NCBI GenBank assembly: GCA_964016885.1
Contig: OZ024740.1
Span: 300,452,001-300,516,000, forward strand
Length of the DNA stretch: 64,000 bases
Direction: 5' to 3'
DNA from: Eledone cirrhosa
Taxonomy: Eukaryota
Shown: positions 1 to 12,817 of the stretch, in pieces
How positions within the stretch are numbered: the stretch's first letter is position 1
Layout: every line of letters starts with the position of its first letter
The notes under the pieces: generated by a model
What the model was told of the DNA's origin: nothing
Databases searched by the model: none
The model's input: the letters and a program-made list of their open reading frames with translations, nothing else
Translations under genes and position numbers: made by a program

Positions 1-232
1 CAGAGTCGTCCCGATTGTCATAGGCGCACTAGGTACTATCTCAAAGAGTTTCCAAGGAGGGTTAAAGAAAATTAGTCCAGCCCCGCTTTTTGGAACACTT
101 CAAAAGGCATGCTTGCTGGGAACAGCAACAACACTCCGATACGTCCTGAATATATGAGGCTGCTGGTAGCGGCTTGATATACATTTCAACAAACTTTCCA
201 GTTAAATAACATCAACCACTGAGACTCAAAGA
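1..232 (+). mobile_element. 3' end of a Dong/R4-type RLE non-LTR retrotransposon (continues upstream of the window)
   Basis: Frame 2..157 reads RVVPIVIGALGTISKS...LQKACLLGTATTLRYVLNI*, the typical RLE C-terminus. Closely similar to 35604-35830 and followed by (TAA)n. Confidence 0.88.
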
Positions 233-248
233 ACAATACTACTACGAC

Positions 249-275
249 TAATAATAATAATAATAATAATAATAA
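249..275. repeat. (TAA)n microsatellite between the Dong/R4 3' end and the Tx1 3' end
   Basis: Direct reading. Confidence 0.95.
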
Positions 276-527
276 GGATTTCTTTATTAACAACAAGGGT
301 TTACATAAAGTAGACATTAAGGACAGTGCAGGACAATACAGGACGGTAGAAATGGGCATTTCTGCGTGTAAAAAACAAAAACAGAGGATGTAACAAAAAA
401 ATAACAATGAAAAATTCCCCAATAGGGGGGAGACTTCGGAGGGACTTTTGCGGGGAAAGCCCAGTTAAAGGCCACAATGACCCTGACCACCAAGGCAAGT
501 GCCCTCTCCCAGTTTTCCACCTTTAAT

Positions 528-3500
528 TTACAAATATATACTCAGAGTAGGCCCATTCACTCGGGCCATTCTTTCTTCTCTCACCCATCTTTCAACAAAA
601 TGCTGGGAAGAGAGCACTTCCCTCTCTACTCTGATTTTCCTTTTCAAATGAAATTTGAAAAAGTCAATCAGAGCATCACCGAAGAGGTAAGTGCTCGTCT
701 TCAGCCCTTTCAAACGTGTCCACCATACTATCTCTTTCGCCATGGCCACCAGACAGATAAAAACTGCCTGACTTTCCCGGCTAAAGGAGGAGGGCGGGGC
801 AATCCTCACGATGGACTCAGATGATAGCCGGATCCGTCCTAAACGCGACAGCAGGTGTTCGACATAAACCCACAAGTCACCAATTTTCGGACACTGGACG
901 AGTATGTGCAGGACGGTTTCGTCGCCCTGCGCGCATCTCGGACATGCCCGGCTGACGGCACCGCCATGCCTGTAGAGTTTATCCCGAACGGGCAAGGCTC
1001 CTCGGTAGCACTGCCAGGCCAGAGATTTCTGGAAGTTGTCCATAGGCCCTGTCCCAAAAATTCTTCCGAAGAGATTGGCTAGTTGATTTTCGTCGACGCC
1101 TAGAGTTTCCCCAAGTACGTCGTCACTCTTCCCCTCCACTAATCCTCTATAGAACGCCTAGGTAGAGTTTCCACCGATCACATTGCCCGATTGGTCGAGG
1201 GCTGGTAGCGCCTGAAGACATTCCAGTCTCCAGGCGCTCCCTCTCGGTCTGGGCTTGACCCAGGACTGCAGCTCCGTCAAGGAAACGAGCTGGGAAAATA
1301 CGTGTCTAGCAAACAGCGACCACGCCTGATCACCGTCGAGGAAGAGGTGGAGATGTCGTAGCCTGAGCGCATGCCTGCGCATCATCATCCACGGCATGCC
1401 CAGCCCTCCACGTAGCGGGTGTTGACAACAGATGGACCGCCTGACCATCGGAGCGCGTCCCTTCCACAAAAAGCGAAAGAGCAAACGCTCCAGCGCAGTC
1501 AGGCGAGGCTTAGAACAAGGTACGACGGTCAGGCGGTAGCAGATGACAGACGCGATGTACGCGTTAGCCACCTCCGCTCGACCTTTCAGGGATAGCTTCC
1601 TCTCCGCCCATTTCTGGGTGAGAGAAGCCACCCTGCTCGTCACCTCGTCCCAGTTTTTGTCCGTCTGGAGGTCCGGACCGAACCAAACCCCTAGCAATTT
1701 AACCGGTCCGTCCATCCAGCGTCCGACGACGCTGTTGGACGGCATGGACCTGCCTCTCCAGGTGCCGAGCTGCAGGCCCACTGACTTTTCCTGTTTGATC
1801 ATTGCTCCTGTTACTGCTTCGTATTCTCTTAGTGTAGTGCCGATCGCCTCGATGTGTTTGGCGTTCGACACCACTACGATGACATCGTCCGCATATGCTG
1901 ACACGAATGTTCCGCATCCTAGTTCGCGCGGGACGCCCCTCAACGTCTCCAGTTTGTGCAGTAATGGCTCGAGAGTCAATACGTACAAGAGGGACGAGAG
2001 GGGACATCCTTGGCGGACCGAGCGCATGTTTTGAACGGTTCCGACAGGTGACCGTTCACTCTCACCACAGAGCAGATGTCGCTGTCCATGGCAGCGATCC
2101 AGCCTCTGAAGACGGGCCCAAAGCCAGCCGCCCTCAGGACTGCCGCTAGGTAACGATGGTCGACCCTATCTAAAGCGTTCGACTGTAAATTGATCAAGGA
2201 CCCACTCGTGCCAGGTTCCCTAGCTACCCCCTCTACGATGTATCGCATGAGGTGGAGGTTGTCGTGGATAGATCTGTCGGGAATGGCGCACGTCTTCGAC
2301 TCTCCCACCAGTCCACCAACGACAAGCGCCGACCTCTTTGCTAGAACCTTGGCCAAAATCTTGAACTCTGTGTTTTACAGAGTTATAGGCCTGAAATTGT
2401 CTATGTTATCCCCCTTGTTCGGATCCTCTCTCAGCAGTGCCACCGCTCCTCGGCTCACAGAGCTGGGAATTCTCCCGTTCTGTTGCCAGTTGCAGTAGAC
2501 ATCCGCCAAGAGGCCTCCGAACAAGTCTGGCATCTGTGTAAAGTTCATAGGGCAGACCATCCAAACCAGACGATTTACCCCTTGTGCAGCCAGTCATTGC
2601 ATCCCGTACTTCAGCGGTTGTTATCGGCTTTTCGCAACACTCCGCCTCAGTGGCCGAAAGCCGCGGCAGTCCGTCGAGGTAGACACTAAAGTCCATCCCT
2701 CGATCCGGCCCGCCACTGCCCCCGAACAGTTGAGCGAAGTGTCGCTGAAAAGCTTCACACATTTGCCCGGGATCGAGTAGCATGCGCCCGTCGTGGTCCA
2801 CCAAAGACCGGATCGTGGCTTTGTTGCCACGACGCGCCTCCGCCACTCGGGCCCATTGAACGGCTTTCGTCCCCTCGTGTCTGAGAGCACGCACCCTAGC
2901 TCTGACAACGCAGCCTTCGTGCTTTGCATTGAAGAATTGATCAAGGGCCAATTTCGCCGCAAGCACGTCGGTCGCGATGCCTTTGCTAAGCGCCTCATCT
3001 AATTTTCTAACTAATTCTCCCTCTGCTCTATCTTTCTCTATTGCTAAAGTCTTACTAAACCTAATGGACTCTATTCTAATTGCTCTTTTCAGAGCAAACC
3101 ACCACTAGTTGTTGACTATGGCCCCCGTCAACGCCCGCTTAACTAGTTCGCTAATCCGGTCTCTGTAGGCCTTGCGCGCTGGTAAGGACGCGTTTAACTT
3201 CCAGTAGCCGGGTCCTCGTCTATGAAGCCTATCTAAGTCAAGCACACAGATCACGAATTTGTGGTCCGTGTAGCTGACTATCTTGAATTGTGGACAGCCT
3301 ATGCTAGACCTATCTATTTCCCTACAAAATACTCTATCTAGATATGATCTGGATGACCCTATGCGATTTGTCCAAGTCCACATTGGCACATTCGGGAAAT
3401 CCAATAGGTACCTGTCAGACAGTTCAAAACGTCTGAGCAGGTTGGTGAGACTCTTGCACCCTCCTTCCCTATCCACTAATCCCACACAATCCCAGCGTGC

Positions 3501-3941
3501 ATCTAAGATCCCGTTCCAGTCGCCCACTAACACTAAAGAGCGGGACGTTCCAAGAAAGGTCTCCAGACGCCGGAAGAAATCAGGCCGCCCTGCTCCTGTC
3601 GGGGCATAGACGGCCACTAACCTGAAAGCTTGCCCGTCTCCGCTGGTCACGTCCAGCACCACCAACTTACCTTCTGGGTCCAGGAAGATGGCCCGTATGG
3701 CAAGATCCAAACCTCTCCGAAAAAGCACAGCAACTCCTCCCCCCGATCCCGGACGGCTGGGAGATGCGTACACATCGTAGCCGCCGAAGATCGGTGCGAA
3801 AGCCTGTGCTTCGGAGATTCTGGTTTCGCTGATGGCCACTACATCTATGTTTAGTGACCTGAGGTCGTTGAGCAGGTGGCCCTGCTTCCATGACGACCCC
3901 AAGCCACGCGCATTTATGCTGCCTTTTCTGAGTGAGGTCAT
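528..3941 (-). pseudogene. Tx1 ORF2 (APE endonuclease + reverse transcriptase + C-terminal zinc finger), broken by stops and frameshifts
   Basis: SINARGL, ISETR, VYAP, GDWN, YLDR and YTDHK (APE; 3105-3941); FRPITL, RQGCPLS, YADD and KLLG (RT); CPRC...ETVLHILVQC (528-1139). Confidence 0.92.
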
Positions 3942-3975
3942 GTTGAAAAGGAGTGGAAAAGATGGGAAAGACCAC

Positions 3976-5560
3976 TTACCTTACTTCTCGTAGGGGAAGG
4001 ACGGTTTTTCCATCCTTTTCACTGCTTGTGGCCTCCTCAGGAAGGATGTCCTTATAAATCCTCCTGGAGAGTGCTTGTCGGAAGTCTCCGATGTCTTTGG
4101 GGAATTTTTGTTTTAGTGTCATGTACGTTTTCTGTGTGATGCGAGTGATTTGTATGTGTGGAGGTGGTGTGAATTTTGGGGTTGTTGTGTAGTCTTTTTC
4201 TGTGATGCTGGTGTTGTGTTGGATGTAGTGTAATAATTGCTTGTTGTTCAAATTTAATGCTGTGTAGTGTGTATCGTTTTGGTTGTTTTGTTTTGTTTGC
4301 GTTTGTTGTGGGTTTGTTTCTGTTTCGCATTTTGGTGACTTTTGTGGTGTAGGTGATGGTGGTGTTGGGGTTAATGATGGTGATGGTGTTGGTGTTTGGG
4401 TTGATGGGGTTGGTGATGCTGGTGTGGATGGTGGCATATCTGTCCTAACTTTTTTGTTTCTTAATTTATTTGTTTCCCTCTGTATTTTGTTTTTGGAGGG
4501 GGGAGGAAGAGAATTTTTTCTTTTTTGGTTTCTTTTTTTTTTCCGGATATCGTTTCCCACTCCTCGTCGTCACAATCTGTCTCCAGTTGTGATAGGCCGG
4601 GGAGTGGAAAATGCTCCACAGCCGTTAGTTTTGGTTGTGGCGTGGTGGATGGTGTAGGCGCTGGTGCTAGTTCTGAAGCGTTGGGTGGTGGTGGTATTGG
4701 TTTTGCTGGTGGTGGTGGTGGTTTTGGTTTTGCTACTGTTGCTGGGGTTGTTGCTGTTATAGTTGCTTCTGTTGTTGCTGCTACAGTTGTTGCTGCCATC
4801 TCTGCTACTGGTGGTGTTGATGGTTGTGTCACTGGGGTGGGTAGGAGAGGTGGCCTCAACCTTTTAGTTTGAGGGCAGAAAGCCCTTAGGAGGATTCCTT
4901 CAACACAAACGACACACCTAGGTTTTCTGCCCTCGACAATTACCGTGAGGTGGCTGCCGTCAGTGAGGTCTATTACCTCTGGGATCTCCTCAATGCTTTT
5001 TTGGTCCGCTTGGATCAGGAGCTCCATCCCAGATCCGGACCAGTTCTCCTGCTTTTCTTTTGCTATTGCTATTATTTTCGTGTTGGCTTCGATGCCGGCG
5101 AGGACAGCTGCTATTAGCCAGGGAATTTTGATGGCCGGTGGAACGTGGGTCACCCTGATCTTTACGAGTCTCTGGCCACAATAGCTTGGGACGAGTGTGA
5201 AGTCGTCACATCTTAATGGGGCCATGGAGTGTTCTCTAGCCTCCTCTAGTGTTTCAAAGAACACGTCCACGGTTCCATACTTTTGCCCACGTCTGATGAC
5301 GGTTTTTCTTGCCCACACATGTCCCAAAGCTTTTTCGATTTGGGACTCGGATGCCCGTTCCACTCGGCGCGATTTTACATTTATTGTTCTATACGACACG
5401 GTGCATAGGCGCCAATGCTCCATTTTATTAGGTGGGGGGGGGGGGGGGCTGACCCTGTACCCATCTTTCTTTACCATTTGTTTGGCATTTTCTAAATCCT
5501 CCTGAGTTACCGTAAATGCTTCGAACTGTTTTGCTACTCTGGCGAAACTGAGGGGGGGTT
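3976..5560 (-). pseudogene. Tx1 ORF1, downstream variant (subfamily B), frameshifted
   Basis: ORFs 4461..5477 and 3976..4560; degenerate knuckle RCVVCVEGILLRAFC; Pro/Thr-rich C-terminus abutting the ORF2 start. Confidence 0.8.
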
Positions 5561-5599
5561 TTATAATGTCATTGTTGTTGTTGTTGCTATCGTTAATAT

Positions 5600-6825
5600 T
5601 AATTTTAGTTTCAGTTGTGGTGGTGGTGGCTTATCTGGCACGTTTGGTGGTCGTGGTTTTGGTTTTGGTACTGTTACTGCGGTTGTTGCTGTTCCAGTTG
5701 CTTCTGTTGTTGCTGCTACAGTTGTTGCTGCCATCTTTGCTGCTGGTGGTGTTGACAGTTGAGTCACTGGGTGGGTAAGAGAGGTGGCCTCAACCTTTTA
5801 GCCTGAGGACAGAAAGCTCTTAGGTGGGTTCCTTCACCATAAACGACACACCTAGGCCTTCTGCCCTCGACGATTACGGTGAGGTGGCTGCCGTCAGTGA
5901 TGTCTATTACCTCTTGGATCTCCTCAATGCTTTTATTGTCCGCTTGGATCAGGAGCTCCATCCCAGATCCGGACCAGTTCTCCTGCTTTTCTTTCGCTAT
6001 TTCGATTATCTTGGTGTTGGCCTCGATCCCGGCGAGTACGGCAGATATTAGCCATTGAATTTCGATGGCCGGTGGAACGTGGGTCACCCTGATCTTTTCG
6101 AGTCTCTGGCCACAATAGCTTGGGACGAGTGTGAAGTCGTCACTTCTTAATGGGGCCGTGGATTGTTCTCTTGCCTCCTGTGGTGTTTCACGTCTGATGT
6201 GGGTTTTCTTTGCCCACACATGTCCCAAAGCTTTTTGGATTTGGGATTCGGATGCCCGTTCCCCTCGGCGCGATTTTATGTTAATTGTCCGATAAGACAC
6301 GATGGTCCATTTTATTATTGGGGGGGGGGGGGGGGGGTGAGGCTGACCCTGTACCCATCTTTCTTTACCATTCTTTTGGCTTCTTCTAATTCCTCCTGAG
6401 TTACCTGGATCACTTCGCACGTTTTTGCTACTCTCGCAAAAGACGGTAGTTTTCTTAATTTCATTGTTGTTGTTGTTATCGTTATTTTTGTTATTGTTAA
6501 TGTTAGTTTCAGTTGTGGTGGTGGCCTCAGTGGTGTTCGGTGTGGAAGAGTTCATTTTGGTTGAATTCATTTCGATATCAAGAGTTAATTTATTTTTTTC
6601 TTTTGTTTCTGTTGTCGCGGTGGTGGTGGTGGTGGTGGAGGCGTTAACACCTGCAGTCATTGGTAATGGCGGGAAATGAATGTCTGCCTGAGACAAATTT
6701 AAAATATTGCTCGTGCTTATATTTTTTTTTGTGTTGGCAAACGTAGTAACATTTACAATGGCGGTGTGAGGTGTTAATTTGTGAGGAAGGCTTTCAGCTG
6801 CTTCGTGCAGAGGTGAATTAGCCAT
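5600..6825 (-). pseudogene. Tx1 ORF1, upstream variant (subfamily A), 3'-incomplete
   Basis: Part of ORF 5764..7164 from MANSPLH; near-identical to ORF1 of copy 2 (29927-30959); knuckle RCVVYGEGTHLRAFC. Confidence 0.8.
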
Positions 6826-7032
6826 TTTTTTCAAAGAAATTTTTTGATAATAATAAAAGTTTAAATTTTGGGCACAAGGCCCCAATCTTTTTGGGTGTCC
6901 TTTTCGGAAAACAATGTATGTGCGCTTATAAACAGTTAACAATAAAATTTTCCATAAATGACAATTTTTAACAGACGGAAATAACAAACCTTTGCGGAGC
7001 TCACGATGATACGATTTACTACGTAGGTCGCC

Positions 7033-7157
<125 letters not shown>

Positions 7158-7389
7158 AATCCAAACTGAGTCATTAATGAAAACGTCTTGACAAATTTAT
7201 CGAAAAACATTTCACACATATTTTTGTGAAAACATAGAAGTAAAAATGTTTGAGCGTTTTACGAATTTATTGAAGTCAAGAAATTCATAGAGATAGTCCA
7301 ATTGTGTATTAGGGCTTCTTGGTGATTCCTCCCGAATGAAACAGTTGTAGTCCTGTAGAAGCCATTTCTATATTAAATACACACACAAT

Positions 7390-7769
<380 letters not shown>

Positions 7770-8194
7770 CACGGCCCCTTAATTGTAGAGCTAACTCAGT
7801 TGAAAGGACTCGGCTGCTATTTCTAGTTGTCGATAAAACTGGGATAAAACTGGCACGGTGTGTTTTTTTTTTCAAAAATGCAACACGTGCTGCTAGTTAT
7901 TCGCAGATTTGAATTTGCTGGTTAAACACAGATAGTTAGATCTTCTCCCTTGTTGAAAATGCGGAATATTGGCTACTGTGGTTGCCGATCGATTAATGGT
8001 GAAACATATTTCTTTAATGAAATATATACAAGGAAGATTAATCAATTTATAAGGTATCTATTTTTGAAGTTCTAGTTAAACTTTAATTAGTTACCTTCCT
8101 GGCTAAGTGTGCGTACATACGTTTACAAATTATTCCCTGTGATTGTTTCATATGTTTATTTTATATATATATGTCAATCAATTTCTACTTGATA

Positions 8195-8289
<95 letters not shown>

Positions 8290-8313
8290 TTATTTATATA
8301 TATAAATATAATT

Positions 8314-9079
8314 CAGCGAGAATCGTATTTCGGCCTGTAGAAAAAGTGAAACGAAACGCAAAATCGTGAAAATGCTGGCAAGCGCTCAATAGTTAAAAAC
8401 ATTAGAGCTAAACAATATGTTAAAACGCCATACAAACTTAAAAAGTGGTTAAGAAGGCATTAACCACCTAAGCCAAAACACAAATCAAGCTAAACAGGTC
8501 AAACAAAATAAATGATAAAAACCTGGACCCAAATGGAATTGGTGGTAAAATGCAAATTCAGGGTTTCTATGACACCTACATCAATAATACTGTCTTCTTA
8601 AAACTATAATCTTTCAGCATAAAGACCCAACAAGGTATATCACGTTATCAACAGGTAATTTTGCTCTGTAACCAACTTTGCGAATGAGGCAGAGCTTAGT
8701 AAACGCACATGCGTAAGTCACAAGGGGAAATTCCCCTTAGTTTGGCAAATGAATTCAGTATGTGTCTATCATACAAACAATTGCATAGATAGCACAAATC
8801 GAATAAGCACTCAACCAGGTAGTTTTTAAAAATAGACTTATGCAATTAATTTGTCAATAGAATTTTTAACAGGTTAATTGTAAATCTCGGGAGATTAATA
8901 CAAATATAATACAGCGAGAATCGTATTTCGGCCGGTAGAAAAAGCGAAACGAAACGCAAAATCGTAGAAATGCTGGCCACAGCTCAATAGTTAAAAAACT
9001 AGAGCTAAACAACAAGTTAAAACGCCATACAAACTGAAACACTGGTTAAGGAGGCATTAAGCTAAACAGGTCAAACAAA
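8314..9079. repeat. Element with ~170-190-bp terminal direct repeats (8314-8508 / 8912-9079) between two (TA)n tracts
   Basis: CAGCGAGAATCGTATTTCGGCC...GCTAAACAGGTCAAACAAA occurs twice; non-coding interior. Confidence 0.75.
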
Positions 9080-9654
9080 TATATATATATATATTTAAAA
9101 GAATAGAGGTGTAACACACAAGTTATGATGTATTGGTAAACGGAAAAGAAAATGTTGACAAATTGTTCAAAGTGAAAAATAGTTTATTTAGGAATAAGTG
9201 AGAATTAGTAATAGTATTGGTTAGTATTCAGTTTTGGTTTTAAGTTTTACCGGTTGCGCATTTCTAATGCTTTTCAAAAATAATTTTGAGATAGAGCGTC
9301 CGTCATGTTTGCTCTAATCTGATTAGTTTTGGAAATTCTACTTGTTTTTATGTGAAAAAAGTGGCTTCAGCGGTATTAAAATAAGTTTCGCGCCAATTCG
9401 TGTTGCAAAAAATTCTTGTGGTCAAAACAATTTTGATTGGTCGGTAGAGGTCATGTGAATGTTAAAAATTGATTTTGCGCCAAATGTAGGTTTGTGTCGG
9501 CTGATTGAGAAGTCACTGAAAAATAATTCTTTCAAAACAAATATGTGTGTGTTTGTGTGTGTAGTAGTAGTAAAGAGGTTCGTTGTTGTGATAATGGTCA
9601 GCAGGGATGTGTGTGCGAACCGCAGCCTGTTGACAGGTCAAATGCCTATTAAGA

Positions 9655-9720
<66 letters not shown>

Positions 9721-9834
9721 TGTGTAGAAGAGTAATTCGTGGTAGAGGGATGGTCAGTAGGAATGTGTCTGTAAGTGTGTGGGGGATATTTTAACATGTT
9801 AAAATATATTTTTCAGCTCTTGTCTTATACGGAG

Positions 9835-9880
<46 letters not shown>

Positions 9881-9925
9881 CTCTTTGTATGTTAATGTAC
9901 GCGTGTGTATATGTGTGTGTGTGTG

Positions 9926-9959
<34 letters not shown>

Positions 9960-10489
9960 AATGTGTGTGTGTGTGCGTGTGGGTGGACCAGCATTTATTT
10001 TTGTGATACTGGTAAAATGGTGTACATTATTCCTTATTTTCAGTAAAAACGATTCTCTCAATAGAACATCAAAAACCTTAATAATAAAAGGTGTGAAATG
10101 ATATATAGTATTGGCATAATACCAAGGTGTGTGTGAGTGTGTCCAGATTGTACGTACTGCAAGGGGAATCCATTAGGCCTTGCCGTATTGGAATACTTGT
10201 GTACAAATATGTATGTGCTCATCAGTGTGTAATGCATGTGTACGTTTATGTATGTATGTGTGTGTCGGCACGTTTATATCTATAGACATCAAACGTTATG
10301 CAAATTTGTGTATATTTGTGTTGCACCATAGAACATGTGTGTTTACGTATGTCATTGTGTTTATATGTGGATAGAGATGTATGCCGATGTAGGTATGTAT
10401 GTTGATGTGTGTATGTTGTGGGTTCGTCTTAGGGAGAAGTGTTTAGACGGTGTCCGTATTTGTTAATAAAGTAAGATTCCTTGCTGATG

Positions 10490-12448
10490 CGCTGGGTGTG
10501 GGTGGCATTATCTTTAAATTTGTAGAGGGGAAATATTCTGAAGTTGGGATGATTTTGGGCGGCACAGGTATGAATGTGTTCACTCAGTGGTATTTTCCTG
10601 TATTCTGTATTTTAATTCGGGATCTATGGACAGTCATGCGTTGGCGGAGGCTGTTTTTGGTCTGGCCTATGTATTGTTCTCGACAACCAGAGCAAGTTAA
10701 TACATATATTAGATTTTCTGATACGCATGTGAAATTGTGTTTTACTATAAAACGTTGTCCTTCTTTGAAATAGAATTCCGAACCTTCTATTAGGTTGATG
10801 CATATGCCACAGTTGGGTCTATCGCATTTTTTTTACTGTGGGTTTCGTTTTTGTGGTTGGCAGTACTTTGGCATGTGTTAGGATGTTTTTCATTGACTTA
10901 GATTGTCTTTTGCTCTTTATGATATCGTGTGTTCGTAAAATTTGGTTCATTCTATGGTCATTTTTCAACACAGCGATGTTCTGGAGGATGGTGTCAAAGG
11001 CCTCATTGTTGAGGGGTGTTGTGTGTGGAAATGTATGGAAGAGCTTTTAGTTTCGGTTGATTTACTTTAGGGTGTCTAAGATCCTGGGTACTGCCTTTTA
11101 GGGCACCTTGGATTCCATTGTCAATTAGTGATGCAGGGTAGTCCCTGCCTATGAGTGTGTCCTTTAGTTCTTGTAGCCGTAAGTAGCAGGTGTTTTTATT
11201 GAAGACTATAGTACAGATTCTCTTGGCTAAGTTGTAGGGAATATTAATTTTAACGTGTCTAGGGTGGCAAGAGTTGAAAGGAAAATATTGCTTGGAGTCT
11301 GTGGGCTTGTAGTATATGTCTGTTTCTATTTTTTTGTTATGGATCTTAATGAGGATGTCGAGGAAGGGGAGTTGTTGATGGCTGTATTCCATCGTGAAGT
11401 TAATATTCGTGTTGAGCCCATTTATAAGGGTGTGAAATTCTTTAAGTTTCTCGATGTTTTCGTGCCAAAGGATGAAGCAGTCATCTAGATATCTCTTCCA
11501 GTTCCTTTCTATATGTAAGTGGAGAGTGTTTCGAAATTTGTTTAGGACTTTAGTGTAGAGGGTGATTTCCAGGTATGCCATGACTAGGTTGGCATAAGTG
11601 GGGGCTTTTTTCGTTCCCATAGCGGTCCCAGATTTCTGCCTGCAGGGTTTGTTATTGAAAATGAAGTAATTGTTCTCCAAGATAAATTTGAGTCCCTCTA
11701 TAACGAATTCTTTTTTGATGCGTTGTGGGAGTTCATTGTGGTAATTATCCAGCCAGAATTGGATAGCTTCTATTCATAGGATGTGGGGTAGGTTGGAGTA
11801 TAGGTTGACTACATCAAACGTCACTAGTAGGGTTTGTTCAGAAAGGGGCATATTAGGGAGGTGATTGAGTATTTCTAGGTCGTCCCTTATATAGCTTTTG
11901 ATGTGTTTGAGAAAAGGCTTGTGAAGGGTATCAATGAAGTTGCTAATGCGGTGGGTTTCGCAAGCGGGGCCTGCTATTATAGGTCTTAATTTGAGATCAT
12001 TGGGTGAGGGGACATTGATGACTATGTATGTGGCTGGCTTGCATGCCTTACTTATTAATTCGCTTTTATGTACTTTAGGAATACCGGAGAAAAGGCTGGA
12101 TTTACTTGTGAAGTCTGTAATGAAGCTGAATTCCTTGTTAGTGAGTCCTTCTTTGTATTGGTTGATCAGAGTTTTAAGGTTTCTCATCATTTTCTGTTGA
12201 TTGTAGTGTTCAGCCTTTTCGTAGTATGTTTCGTTTTCCAACGTGGAGAGCGCTAAGTTGATATAGAATTCTGTCTCCATTAGGACTACTGTACTCCCTT
12301 TATCAGCCTCTTTAATTGTAATGGTTCTGTCGGTTTTTAATCTATTTAATTCTTCCCATTCTTTCTTGTTGTGGTTTGGCTTGTGTTTTTGTCTGTGCAA
12401 GTGTTAGTAAGGGAAGTTTGTAATGTGTTCACAGAATTTGTCCAGGAT
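10490..12448 (-). pseudogene. PLE reverse transcriptase + GIY-YIG endonuclease, disrupted
   Basis: EADKG, KLRPII, FDVVNLY, GTAMG, RYLDD, LPFLD, YYKPT, SCHP; CDRPNCGIC linker; NLIYVLTCSGCREQYIGQT...LRQRM at ~10620-10730. Confidence 0.9.
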
Positions 12449-12635
12449 ATTTTAACATTCACATGACCTCTACCGACCAATCAAAATTGTTTTGACCACA
12501 AGAATTTTTGCAACACGAATTGGCGCGAAACTTATTTTAATAACGCTGGAGCCAGCTTTTTCACATAAAAACAGGTAGAATTTCCAAAACTAATCAGATT
12601 AGAGCAAACATCACGGACGCTCTATCTCAAAATTA

Positions 12636-12671
12636 TTTTTGAAAAGCATTAGAAATGCGCAACCGGTAAAA
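12636..12671 (+). ncRNA. Hammerhead-like motif (U3-A8 core; GCAA instead of GAAA, probably inactive); mirror copy at 9245-9280 (-)
   Basis: TTT-TTGAAAA-GCATT aga AATGC-GCAA-CCGGT-A-AAA inside the PLE pseudo-LTR. Confidence 0.6.
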
Positions 12672-12817
12672 CTTAAAACCAAAACTGAATACTAACCAAT
12701 ACTATTACTAATTCTCACTTATTCCTAATTAAACTATTTTTCACTGTGAACAATTTATCAGCATTTTCTTTTCCGTTTACCAATATATATATATATTTAT
12801 TTATTTATGTTTGTTAG

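Larger units (their letters stand above)
277..7032 (-). mobile_element. Tx1-type (L1 group) non-LTR retrotransposon, copy 1; both ends present, ORFs disrupted, ORF1 duplicated
   Basis: ORF1 with zinc knuckle, then APE endonuclease, RT and C-terminal zinc finger. Ends match copy 2 (5' GG(C/A)GACCTACGTAG; 3' AATAAAG(G/A)AATC) and both lie in (AAT)n. Confidence 0.92.
9097..12785 (-). mobile_element. Penelope-like element (Neptune-like), 5'-truncated, with inverted pseudo-LTRs, flanked by (TA)n
   Basis: RT + GIY-YIG on the - strand; 9131-9467 is the reverse complement of 12450-12785. Confidence 0.9.
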
